Source: an uncultured Spirochaetota bacterium (GTDB lineage: Bacteria > Spirochaetota > Spirochaetia > SZUA-6 > Fen-1364). Taken from it: 64,000 nucleotides of DNA. A model generated the notes under the pieces. It was not told the DNA's origin. It did no database searches and saw only the letters and a program-made list of their open reading frames with translations. The stretch is from contig CAVUXE010000037.1 in assembly GCA_963745235.1 (NCBI GenBank), positions 1 to 64,000 of the forward strand, written 5' to 3'. The position numbers and the translations under genes were made by a program. Each line of letters begins with the position of its first letter. The stretch's first letter is position 1. Shown here piece by piece: positions 32,001 to 40,342 of the stretch.

Positions 32001-32030
32001 CGGCAAATCACGGCAAATCTCGGCAAATCC
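32001..32030. repeat. Three tandem 10-bp repeats CGGCAAATC(A/T/C)
   Basis: cggcaaatca cggcaaatct cggcaaatcc read directly. Confidence 0.9.
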
Positions 32031-32037
32031 GTCAAAG

Positions 32038-32066
32038 TTGACAGCCCCTGAGGCAACGGCTATCCT
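32038..32066 (+). promoter_or_regulatory. Sigma70 promoter of tRNA-Leu
   Basis: TTGACA-17bp-TATCCT, 9 bp before the tRNA. Confidence 0.85.
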
Positions 32067-32075
32067 GCCTGCGAA

Positions 32076-32160
32076 GCCGGCGTGATGAAATGGCAGACAT
32101 GCCAGACTCAAAATCTGGTGGGTGGCAACGCCCGTGTCGGTTCAAGTCCGACCGCCGGCA
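32076..32160 (+). tRNA. tRNA-Leu(CAA)
   Basis: GCCGGCG acceptor, CCAGA-CTCAAAA-TCTGG anticodon arm, long variable arm, GGTTCAAGTCC. Confidence 0.95.
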
Positions 32161-32377
32161 GAGAGTTCGTGCAGATGCAAGGAATTGGCGCACCACCCTT
32201 CCATGAACGGGCGGAAGGATGGCCCACTCGCCCCTATCCATACCAGTTTCCCTACCAGTTGAGCGGCCTTGTTCCTTCCAAACTGCGAGCCTCGGAAGGG
32301 ACTATGCTCGTGACGGCGAGAAGGGTTCGGCATTGCGTCCTCCCGTGTAGGAAGCCGCCAATCCGGCTCGATTCAGC

Positions 32378-33118
32378 TCACGCAACCCTCGTGCTGCTTC
32401 GCGGGGCGTCGTGGGACTTCTCGATCCTTCGCGCAACGAGGAGCGTGGCCTCGTAGAGGATCACAAGCGGAAACATGACGGTCAGGGGCGCGACGATGGG
32501 ATCGCTCACGGGCGTGATGATCTCGGCAAAGGCAAAGAGTATGAAGTACGCGACCCGGCGTCTCTTTTTCAGGACAAAGACGCTCAGTACGTGCAGCCGA
32601 ACAAGGATGATGAGAAGGCACGGGAGCTGAAAAGAGATGCCGCAGGAGAGAAGGAAAAACGTCACGAAGGAGATGTAGTCATCGGCGGAGGGCATGTACT
32701 CGATCCTCGGAGGGAAAAGCTGCACGAGGACCTTGATCATGCTCCAGAGGAGGTAGTAGCCGAAACAGGTCCCTGCCGCGAACAGGACCACCGAAGCCAC
32801 GAGCAACGGCATGACGAGACTTCTCTCGGAGCGCCGCAGCCCGGGGGACACGAAACCGATGAGCTGATGCGCCCAGAGCGGGGTGGTGAGGATGATCCCC
32901 CCGTACAAGGCGAGGCGCAGCTTTATCATCAACCCGTCGAGAAGCCTGAAAGCTCTCAGGTGCAGACCGCCCGAGGGAAGAAGCAGGACGGTCAGGGCGG
33001 AATCGGCGAAAAAGTATGCAACAACGGTTCCCGCAAACACGGCGACGGCGGCAACGAGGAGGCGCCGCCGCAATTCCGACAGGTGATCGGAAAAACTCAT
33101 GAAAGCGTTGCCCGTCAT
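32378..33118 (-). CDS. tatC: Twin-arginine translocase subunit TatC
   Basis: MSFSDHLSELRRRL, FVSPGL...E, GISFQLP, AEIITP..DP, ILYE. Confidence 0.93.
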   Translation of the reverse strand: MTGNAFMSFSDHLSELRRRLLVAAVAVFAGTVVAYFFADSALTVLLLPSGGLHLRAFRLLDGLMIKLRLALYGGIILTTPLWAHQLIGFVSPGLRRSERSLVMPLLVASVVLFAAGTCFGYYLLWSMIKVLVQLFPPRIEYMPSADDYISFVTFFLLSCGISFQLPCLLIILVRLHVLSVFVLKKRRRVAYFILFAFAEIITPVSDPIVAPLTVMFPLVILYEATLLVARRIEKSHDAPRSSTRVA

Positions 33119-33136
33119 GCAATCCTCACAGCGGGT

Positions 33137-33469
33137 CTATGAGAGCCTGGCTCCACACTGGCCGCAGAATCGGGACTCCTGCGGGTTCAAAGCGTTGCAC
33201 ACGCCGCATGACCGCCCTGCGGCAGAAACGTTGTGCGGCGCGGGAGCCTGCGCTTGCCGAGACGCGGCGTCATCTTGAGAGCGTCTCTCCTGCACGCCGC
33301 TGCCTCCGTTCTCATCCCTGAACTGCGCACTCATTTCCTGGGCGCCTTTGCGGAACTCCCTGACCGACTTCCCAAGCCAGTGACCAAGTTGGGGAAGTCG
33401 CTTTGGTCCGAATATCACGAGCGCGACGATTCCGATGAAAAGCAGATGAATGGGCTGAAGTCCGAACAT
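33137..33469 (-). CDS. tatA: TatA/E subunit with C-terminal zinc ribbon
   Basis: VALVIFGPKRLPQLG...LGKSVREFRKG; CGVC...SRFCGQCG. Confidence 0.9.
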   Translation of the reverse strand: MFGLQPIHLLFIGIVALVIFGPKRLPQLGHWLGKSVREFRKGAQEMSAQFRDENGGSGVQERRSQDDAASRQAQAPAPHNVSAAGRSCGVCNALNPQESRFCGQCGARLS

Positions 33470-33491
33470 GGTTCCTCCTATTCGTAACGGG

Positions 33492-33797
33492 CTACTCTCG
33501 TATGCGATAGACAGCGCACGAATGGAAATCGATCTCCCACTTGAAGCCAGGAATCCTCTCCCACAGGTATTTTCGGCTCATCGTGTCCCACCACTGCTGG
33601 AAGCGGCCAGTGTTATCGGCCATGTCACGTACCAATCTCTCGTACAGCGCACTCGCCTGCAGGTCGTTCTCGGGAAGACCGACCAGTGACCGGAAGAGCT
33701 CCGCGAGGCCGTTCTTGCGCTCGAAGAGCATGCGGATCTCGTCCCGTTCCACGCCCTCAACCGCGCCCACGCTCACGCGGTCGTTTTCAGTTGCCAT
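33492..33797 (-). CDS. CXXX-repeat peptide modification system accessory protein (TIGR04116-like)
   Basis: ERDEIRMLFERKNGL, LYERLVRDM, FQQWWD.M..KY.W, WEIDF.SC; match recalled from the family, plus gene context. Confidence 0.8.
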   Translation of the reverse strand: MATENDRVSVGAVEGVERDEIRMLFERKNGLAELFRSLVGLPENDLQASALYERLVRDMADNTGRFQQWWDTMSRKYLWERIPGFKWEIDFHSCAVYRIRE

Positions 33798-34890
33798 TGC
33801 GGTCCTCCTTCTTCAACTGCGCGAGGATCTCTTCCTGCACCGCGAGGATCCGCGCCAGCGTCTGCTCAATGCGCCCGTTTGTGCCCCCCTGCTGAGGCGA
33901 CCCGCGATCCTGGCTCCTGCGAGCGCCGATTTTCGACTGCGCCTGCATGAGCGCATCGAACGGATCGAGGTAGGCGAGCCGGGGGATGGGTTCCGTCCGT
34001 GCAAGGAAAGTCACGTCGCCGAGCAGATCGCGGAGAATGCTGGATGCATTCCTCTCGTGGTGCGAGGCGATGCACTGCTGGTGCGATGGCGCGTTGATCT
34101 CGAGGGTCGTGCGCTTGTTCAGGTAAAGACAGCGCTTGCAATGGTACGCATCGCAGGCTGAACAGATGGCGGCGTGGGCGATGTCCAGGAGTTCGGCGTT
34201 CGGCACGCGGAGGCCCTGGCGAAGATTTCCCACGGGCTGGTTCGGCTCATCGTGCAGGAATCCGGGACAGACATACAGGTTTCCTTCAGGCCCGACGGTC
34301 ACGTGGTCGATCCCCGCCTGGCAGTTGCGCATCGAGGTGAGAAAGATCCTGTCGGTCAGGAAGCCGAGCTCGATGTCGCGCCGCCGCCTCAGCGTCTCGG
34401 CCACGCAATGTGCGAGGTCCTGGAGAGACCGCCAATAGAGCTCGAGCGCCGCATCGCCTGGCGTCTCCAGGTCCAGGAGACAAAGGTTTATCCGCCGGCA
34501 CGTTCCAATCAGCGGGAGCAATACCGCCGGCAGCTCGGCGATACGGCCGATGGGGAAGCGCACGATGATATTGGCATCCCGCACACGGGCTGGCAACGCA
34601 GTCTTTTCGAGGTCTTCGGGCCCGACGATCACCGTCGATGCTGGATGCGCATCCGCCGCGGAAAGCGGGACGATGTCGGCATGGCTGACGCTCTGCATGA
34701 CCGGCGCAAAGGACGCAGGAGGTTCCGTCTCTCCGTATTGGAAGTTCACCACCAGCCCCCGCGCCTGGGCGAACGCAACGGCCTCCCGAAGGGTTTCCAA
34801 CGGGATGGGACGCGGCGCGGGTCTTTCAGGCTTCGCGTAGTAGCAGAAGGAAGGCGCAGACTCGTCGATCGGCACGAGGAGGAACTTCAT
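33787..34890 (-). CDS. CXXX-repeat peptide maturase (TIGR04119-like; SPASM domain, no CxxxCxxC)
   Basis: PSFCYY N-terminus; CQAG..HVTVGPEGNLYVCP, ICSACDAYHCKRC, PSHQQC. Confidence 0.8.
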   Translation of the reverse strand: MKFLLVPIDESAPSFCYYAKPERPAPRPIPLETLREAVAFAQARGLVVNFQYGETEPPASFAPVMQSVSHADIVPLSAADAHPASTVIVGPEDLEKTALPARVRDANIIVRFPIGRIAELPAVLLPLIGTCRRINLCLLDLETPGDAALELYWRSLQDLAHCVAETLRRRRDIELGFLTDRIFLTSMRNCQAGIDHVTVGPEGNLYVCPGFLHDEPNQPVGNLRQGLRVPNAELLDIAHAAICSACDAYHCKRCLYLNKRTTLEINAPSHQQCIASHHERNASSILRDLLGDVTFLARTEPIPRLAYLDPFDALMQAQSKIGARRSQDRGSPQQGGTNGRIEQTLARILAVQEEILAQLKKEDRNGN

Positions 34891-36105
34891 GGCGATGCCC
34901 CCTCGGGGGCTGCGGCAGCGGGCAGTTCTTCACCTACCGGCGGAAGCTTGGCGAACATCTTCCAGTAGTAGCGGTTGGCGCGCACCCGCGCCTTGTGCAT
35001 CGCGCAGATGAAGACGGCCCTCTGATAGATCGTCTCGGTGTCCGCCGCATCGTAGTTCAAGCCCTGGCACCAGGCACATCCGCTGGCAACCTCGCAGGCG
35101 AGGCATTTCTGCGGGCTCTGGCGCATCCGGTCGAGCGTGAGGAACGGACGAAGCCTGTTCTGATCGATCCCCTCGAAGCAGCTTCCCACGGTCCGCGCCG
35201 GGTGTCGCGCGAGCGAGTAGGGTGCGAACCTGATGCAGGGGTAGAAGAGGCCGGCGTGGTCGACGGCGAGCATCTTCCCTGCCCCGCACCAGTTCTGGGT
35301 GTCCTGCTCCGCATCGAGGGGGAGGCCGATCGAATCCGAGAAGAAGGTCGCGGCCACCGTGTTGAAGAGCCCTTTCGCGAGGACGTGGTCTGCAAGCGAT
35401 TTGAGCTGCTCCTCGAGAACCGCATCATCGCCTTCGACCCAGACGTTCTCGAAAACAGTATTGATGAACACGTTCGGTATCCCAAGGTCCCAGAGGTGCA
35501 CGACGCTCTCGAACACGAACGGCAGGTCCTCGTGACCCACCGTGACCTTCGTGCCTGCGCCCGGAAACTGCTCCAGCCACCGGGGGACGTTGCGCACGAC
35601 GTCGCCATAAGATCCCCTCCCATCGGGATACCGGCGCTGCAGGTCGTGCTTGCGCTGCGTGCCATCCAGGCTTAGCCCGATGCTGAGGTGGGCCCTGTTC
35701 TTTGCGATGAAATCCTGGACGCGCGGGTGGTCGTAGAGGATGCCGTTGGTCGAAAGGCTGAACCGGTAGCTGTCGAACCAGGGGTGGTTCTCCTCGTACA
35801 TACGCCGCTTGATGTAGTCGCACACCGCATCGATCAGCTCGATCTCGAGCAGGGGTTCGCCGCCAATGAAAGCCCATTCGACGCTGGACTCGGGAAAGAA
35901 GCGTTGGTTGGCGAGCACGTAGTCCACCGTGCGCCGCGCGATGTCGAAGCTCATGGGGTGCGCGCGGTTCTTGCCCGGACAGGTAACAGTAGCAGCACCG
36001 CAGCTGGCAGTCCTCCGTTACGATGAAGGAGATATTCTTTGCACTGCCTTCGCCCCAGCTCCGTGGCTTCTGCCCGAAAGTGTAATGGCTACTCGGAATA
36101 GACAT
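34887..36105 (-). CDS. Radical SAM peptide maturase, CXXX-repeat target family (TIGR04115-like), frameshift at ~35975
   Basis: ISFIVTEDCQLRCCYCYL in ORF 35425..36105 joins FIGGEPLLE, STNG, NWCGAG, YPCIRF, CLACEVASGCAWC. Confidence 0.88.
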
Positions 36106-36120
36106 GAGAAGGGGAACCTC

Positions 36121-36336
36121 TCAGTGTGCGCAGACCATGGTGCACGTCGTTGAGCAACTCCCCGTGCAGGACGAGCTGCAGCCACCGGTGCAGGTCCCCT
36201 CGCAGTTGTCCTTGCAGGCGCTGGTGCACGTCCCGCCGCATCCTCCTGGCGGCGAGCAACTCGAGAGGCTGAGACCGAGCAGGGCGAACGAGGTGAGGAC
36301 GGTTGCAGCGCTTCTCAAGAAATGACGGCGGTCCAT
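36121..36336 (-). CDS. CXXX-repeat RiPP precursor, 71 aa, with Tat motif and lipobox
   Basis: MDRRHFLRS, hydrophobic core, LSSC27, then Cys at 33, 37, 41, 45, 49, 53, 57, 61, 65 and 69. Confidence 0.85.
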   Translation of the reverse strand: MDRRHFLRSAATVLTSFALLGLSLSSCSPPGGCGGTCTSACKDNCEGTCTGGCSSSCTGSCSTTCTMVCAH

Positions 36337-37458
36337 TTGATCGCTCAGGGCGGGAAGGCCGCCGTCTCCGGTCGTGACGAGCTCGTCATCGACGACGCCT
36401 CTCGCCGCTGGGCTGAGCCTCGACGGGGAATGGCGTCTCTCGGCCGCATCCTGATACTCGTGCCAGGCGCAGCAGTAGGGATCAGGGGCGTTGATGTTGC
36501 CTGTAAAATAGAGGGCGCGCGCCCGGCACCCTCCGCCCGACACCGCGAGGTGCGGGCAGTCGGCACAGCGGGTGTTCAGGGCGAAGACCTTCTTCCTTGC
36601 CAGGTGCTGCGCCCAGAGACTTGCAAGCGGTTGTGCGCGAATGCTGCCTTCAAGGAAATCGTCTCCCAGGAAAGCGCACGGGCTCATGCGGCCGTCGGCC
36701 CTGATGCCGAGCTTGGTATCGGGACAACCGAACCGCTGCGTTTCATTTCCCGCGCCGCATTGGAGCGAAAGGTCGGGAGATCGGCCTATGGCGGCGATCA
36801 TCTGCCAGGCTTCGCCCGCCATCGATGGCGGGATGAGAAGTGAGGAGTTCTCGAGCGCCCTGCCCGCGGGCTTGACGAGCCCGACGACGAGATTGCGTAC
36901 TCCAATGCTTTTCAGGAACTCGGGCAGGCGCGAGATCTCCTGCATGTTCTCGCGGTGAACGGAATACTGAACGACGAGGTCTCGGATATCCGCCGACTGC
37001 AGAAGCCTGATTCCTCGCAGGGCCGCAGCGAAGGCGCCCTGGCTTCGAAGGGAATCATGGGTCTCCGGGGTCACACCATCAAGGCTGACTTTCACCCGCA
37101 CCTGCTCCTGCGCCAGGCAAGCAGCTGTCTCGGCCGTGACGAGGGATCCCGTGGTCAGGAGCGTTACCGCGAGGCTTTTCGCTCGCGCGCGGGAGACGAA
37201 ATGCCGCAACCCGCTTCGCATCATCGGCTCGCCGCCTGAGAAGGTCACAGCTGGCACGCCCATGTCGCTCACCTGATCAATGAGCGAGAGCACTTCCCCG
37301 TCGGAGAGCTCCTGTTCCATGGGCTTCCCCGCGGAGCAATAGCAGTGCCTGCATTGATTGGAACACCTGTTCGTCAGGTCGATGTAGACGCGTGATGGAA
37401 GAAGCGGTGAGAAGGTCTTTCTTTCAGAGCCCATTCCGACATAGAGACTTCTTGCCAT
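36121..37458 (-). CDS. Radical SAM/SPASM enzyme whose frame continues into the Cys-rich peptide
   Basis: TNRCSNQCRHCYC, FSGGEP, VSLDG, CADC....GGGCRARA, PDPYC, then a linker and MDRRHFL... Confidence 0.88.
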   Translation of the reverse strand: MARSLYVGMGSERKTFSPLLPSRVYIDLTNRCSNQCRHCYCSAGKPMEQELSDGEVLSLIDQVSDMGVPAVTFSGGEPMMRSGLRHFVSRARAKSLAVTLLTTGSLVTAETAACLAQEQVRVKVSLDGVTPETHDSLRSQGAFAAALRGIRLLQSADIRDLVVQYSVHRENMQEISRLPEFLKSIGVRNLVVGLVKPAGRALENSSLLIPPSMAGEAWQMIAAIGRSPDLSLQCGAGNETQRFGCPDTKLGIRADGRMSPCAFLGDDFLEGSIRAQPLASLWAQHLARKKVFALNTRCADCPHLAVSGGGCRARALYFTGNINAPDPYCCAWHEYQDAAERRHSPSRLSPAARGVVDDELVTTGDGGLPALSDQMDRRHFLRSAATVLTSFALLGLSLSSCSPPGGCGGTCTSACKDNCEGTCTGGCSSSCTGSCSTTCTMVCAH

Positions 37459-37522
37459 TGGAACCCCCCTCGCACACTTTTTTTGGTCTTCAGATCCTGG
37501 CGCGGCTGAGAAAGGTTTTCAC

Positions 37523-37551
37523 ATGATAGCTCTACAGGCCGATGGATGCAA
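37523..37551 (-). promoter_or_regulatory. Putative sigma70 promoter of the island operon
   Basis: TTGCAT-17bp-TATCAT on the minus strand; GAGGGGG RBS before ATG 37458. Confidence 0.6.
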
Positions 37552-37728
37552 GAAGAATATCTCAAGAGCTCAAAAAACTGCAAAATGAAACTCGGTATAC
37601 AAAGCCGCCATACCAGAATCCATACCTATTGGATGAGCCACCGTAGCTGGGGTAGCGGAAATAGCTTCGAGAGCCTTGAAATAGCTCGAAAACGGGCCTC
37701 ATAGCGCGTGTAGGAAGGATGGACGCGC

Positions 37729-37784
37729 CTCAAAATCTGGTGGGTGGCAACGCCCGTGTCGGTTCAAGTCCGACCGCCGGCAGA
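37729..37784 (+). repeat. attR: duplicated 3' half of tRNA-Leu
   Basis: Identical to 32107-32162. Confidence 0.95.
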
Positions 37785-37829
37785 CAATTCCATCCTTGAT
37801 CGGTTTTGCACTCTGGGCGCGATTGCGGG

Positions 37830-38140
37830 GCACGCTGCTGCGAGCCCACGAATGCACCGTATCCGCTGCCTGCCGCGCCTCCTTGGCGTCTGATAGGGTC
37901 AACTCCAGTTCGTTATCGGGGCAGCGGACTTCAACGGCGTACGGATTCAAGATCTGGTCGGCCGCTCGCACGGCAGAAGGGACTCCTTCCGCCCGGTCCG
38001 CGCTGACTTCTTCCATGAGCGCCAGGTTGGCCGCTCTTTCCATTCCCGGCGTGGCTGCGCAAGGCCGAAAACGACCTTCTTTCTCAGCCGGCATGAACTT
38101 CTTTGCCCTGAGAAATGACCGCCATCTCTGCCAGCAACCG
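37830..38140. pseudogene. HEPN-domain remnant
   Basis: Minus strand LNPYAVEVRCPD...DAKEARQAA; plus strand WLRKAENDLL...CQQ. Confidence 0.5.
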
Positions 38141-38179
38141 CACGCCGACGCGCCGGTAGGCGCGAAGCGTGCCCTGGAC

Positions 38180-38850
38180 CGATGATAGTAGCGCACGAGG
38201 CTCGAAAGGCTCTGGCGGAACGCTATTGGCTTTCCCCCCTCCGCCTCTGCGTTGATCTGCGGAATGGTCTCAGCACCCTCCAGCAGTGGCCAATAGTGTT
38301 GCCGCCACTTCTCGCTGACTTCCAGGAGCGGGACACTGACCGACCCGATGGGCTCCCAGCGAGCGGAGGCCCACGAAGTCATGGCGATATCGCAAAGCGC
38401 GCGGATCAAGGCCAGCTTGTACGTAGCCACCTTCCGATCAGCGTTGATGATGCTTTCCACCCGATCGATGGCGCGCGTGCTCACTCCGGAGGACTGGAAG
38501 TACAGTGTTGCCCAGAGAAAGCCCCTCCCAGCGGAGTCAGCGGATTTCCATTCATTCTCAAGCTCAAACCCAAGCCGTTCGAAAAGGAGCCGAACCTGGG
38601 CAACGGACCGGATGATCATGAGCCTGCCCGCCTCATCACGCTGACCGCCGGGCCTGATGTCACCCCGCTCGACTGGCATAGAGATCAGGAGCTTCCCGCC
38701 CTTCTTGAGGCGCTGGCGAAGCTCGAACGCGACGTCGAAGAGCTCTCCGTCCGGGATGTGCATGATAACGCAGAGAGGAGAACACCGTCATACTCGTGTC
38801 GGATATCCGAGGGCAGGCCTCCAGGCAGGAAGCCATCAGAGAGCTTGCCC
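38180..38850 (-). pseudogene. Internal fragment of a class I methyltransferase/HNH-type fusion gene
   Basis: YDGVLLSA..MHIP, LKKGGKLLIS, DRK.ATYKLALIRAL, HYWPL; both ends missing. Confidence 0.6.
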
Positions 38851-39774
38851 AGATGGAACTTCATACTTACCGGCAGCTCCGCGCGTCAACTCAGGCGAGG
38901 CAGCGCCAATCTCCTTCCTGGCCGAAGCATCGCACATACCCTGACTCCCGTCATGCAGGCAGAGTGCAGGCCGAGTACTCTGCTGCCGGCCGCCCTGCCG
39001 GCTGAGCCGAGATTTCCCCAGAGGAGCCTGGAAGACTACTTGCTGTTCGGAAGCCTCCCTGGGCTGTATTCAGAAGGACGGGACGCCTGGGCTGAGACGC
39101 TGGCAACGTGGGCCGATCTTTACATCGAGAATGAGGTCCGGCAGGAAAACATCGTCAGGGACATGGGAGCTTTCAGCCGGTTTATCGAGCTTGCGGCGCT
39201 TGAGTCCGGCCGTATCGTCAACTACACCAAGATGGCCTCCGCCGTGGGCGTGGCCGTGAACACGCTCCGCAATTTCTTCCAAGTCCTTGAGGACACCTTC
39301 CTCGGAATACGGGTACCGCCATTCACCGAAACACGCCGCCGTGTCGCCCTGGCACCCCGGTTCGTTCTCTTCGACATAGGAGTTCGCCATGCTCTTGCCG
39401 GTCTTCGCATCTCAGAGGACCTCATTCGCATTGGGGCGGAGGAGCTCTTCGAACAATGGGTCATCTCCGAGCTCTGCCACCGCGCCACTGCCCTGGGGCC
39501 TGGATACTCCGTCAGCTCCTGGCGCACCTCTGGCGGGGCAGAGGTGGACGCCATCCTGCGAACTCCCGAGGAGGTGATTCCCGTGGAGATCAAATGGACC
39601 GACAGCCCGCGGCCATCGGACGCGCGGCACGTGGAGACCTTTCTCGATCTCCACTCGGGGGCGAATCGAGGCTTTGTGGTGTGCCGCACTCCCTCACGCC
39701 AGGCGCTTACCGACCGGGTCACTGCGCTGCCGTGGAATGAGTTCTATAGCTACAGCTTGTCGGGTAATTGCTAG
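38850..39774 (+). pseudogene. 5'-truncated AAA_14/DUF4143 ATPase
   Basis: FILTGSS..L.GR, FGSLP, LFDIG, EVDAI, PVEIK; no Walker A; 3' end runs into the IS. Confidence 0.75.
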
Positions 39775-40158
39775 CCTGCTGCACCCTGCTGGGCATGGCG
39801 ACGCCTGACCGGCACCTTGCGCGTTGGTGGCGGCAACTCTTGCAGCTGACGCTCGGTTGCCTCCAGCGAAATGCGCTCCATTTCGGCGACGATGCGATCA
39901 AGTTCCTTGCCGGCAGCGATCCACCCTTCTAGCAACTTGGCTTGTTGAGCTGACAGATTAACCGTGACGGTCCTGCCGTCGAGTTTGCGGGTCCACTGGT
40001 AATACGGACCGTGCAAACGGGGGGGTGAGGCTTTGCAGGCGCAGACGGACTTGCCGCAGGTCATCATGCGCTTGAGCAGGGTGCCGCGGCGGAAGAAGCC
40101 GATGTGGCTCAGGGCGAGTTGAAGCTGCCCGGTAGTCTGATGGAAGGTCGGTTTTCAT
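39771..40158 (-). CDS. DUF6788-like IS-associated protein, frameshift at ~40129
   Basis: RRGTL...TCGK..CAC.....HGPYYQWTRKLDGRTVT. Confidence 0.7.
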
Positions 40159-40169
40159 GGCGATGTATA

Positions 40170-40205
40170 TTGACAGAGATTAGTCCCCAGTTATACTACT
40201 GGGGA
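40170..40205 (+). promoter_or_regulatory. Transposase promoter with an inverted repeat around the -10 box
   Basis: TTGACA-16bp-TATACT; TCCCCAGT-tatact-ACTGGGGA. Confidence 0.7.
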
Positions 40206-40342
40206 AGTGTCTCCCGTCAATATCCTCCCGGTTCGACTTTGCCTCCCGATCCTCTCTTCGGCCCTGTGTCTGCTCCTTGTGCTCGGCGGCTTCAGTACAC
40301 GCCCTTGCGTTATCCCAACCACTTCAGCGGAGGTTCCCCCCT

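Larger units (their letters stand above)
32107..37784. mobile_element. tRNA-Leu-integrated genomic island without an integrase gene
   Basis: Identical 56-bp direct repeats at 32107-32162 and 37729-37784 (anticodon loop to the tRNA 3' end plus GA). Confidence 0.9.

Noticed and set aside
36121-36260. Cys-rich peptide as a ferredoxin or metallothionein
   Set aside because: It has no CxxCxxC or CC/CxC motifs; strict CXXX spacing and maturase context favour a RiPP precursor, though metal binding remains possible
37729-37784. Second tRNA-Leu gene
   Set aside because: It lacks the 5' acceptor strand and D arm; it is the att duplication
37699-38763. 354-aa ORF as one real gene
   Set aside because: It is a chance read-through joining a methyltransferase fragment, a HEPN remnant and the antisense of attR
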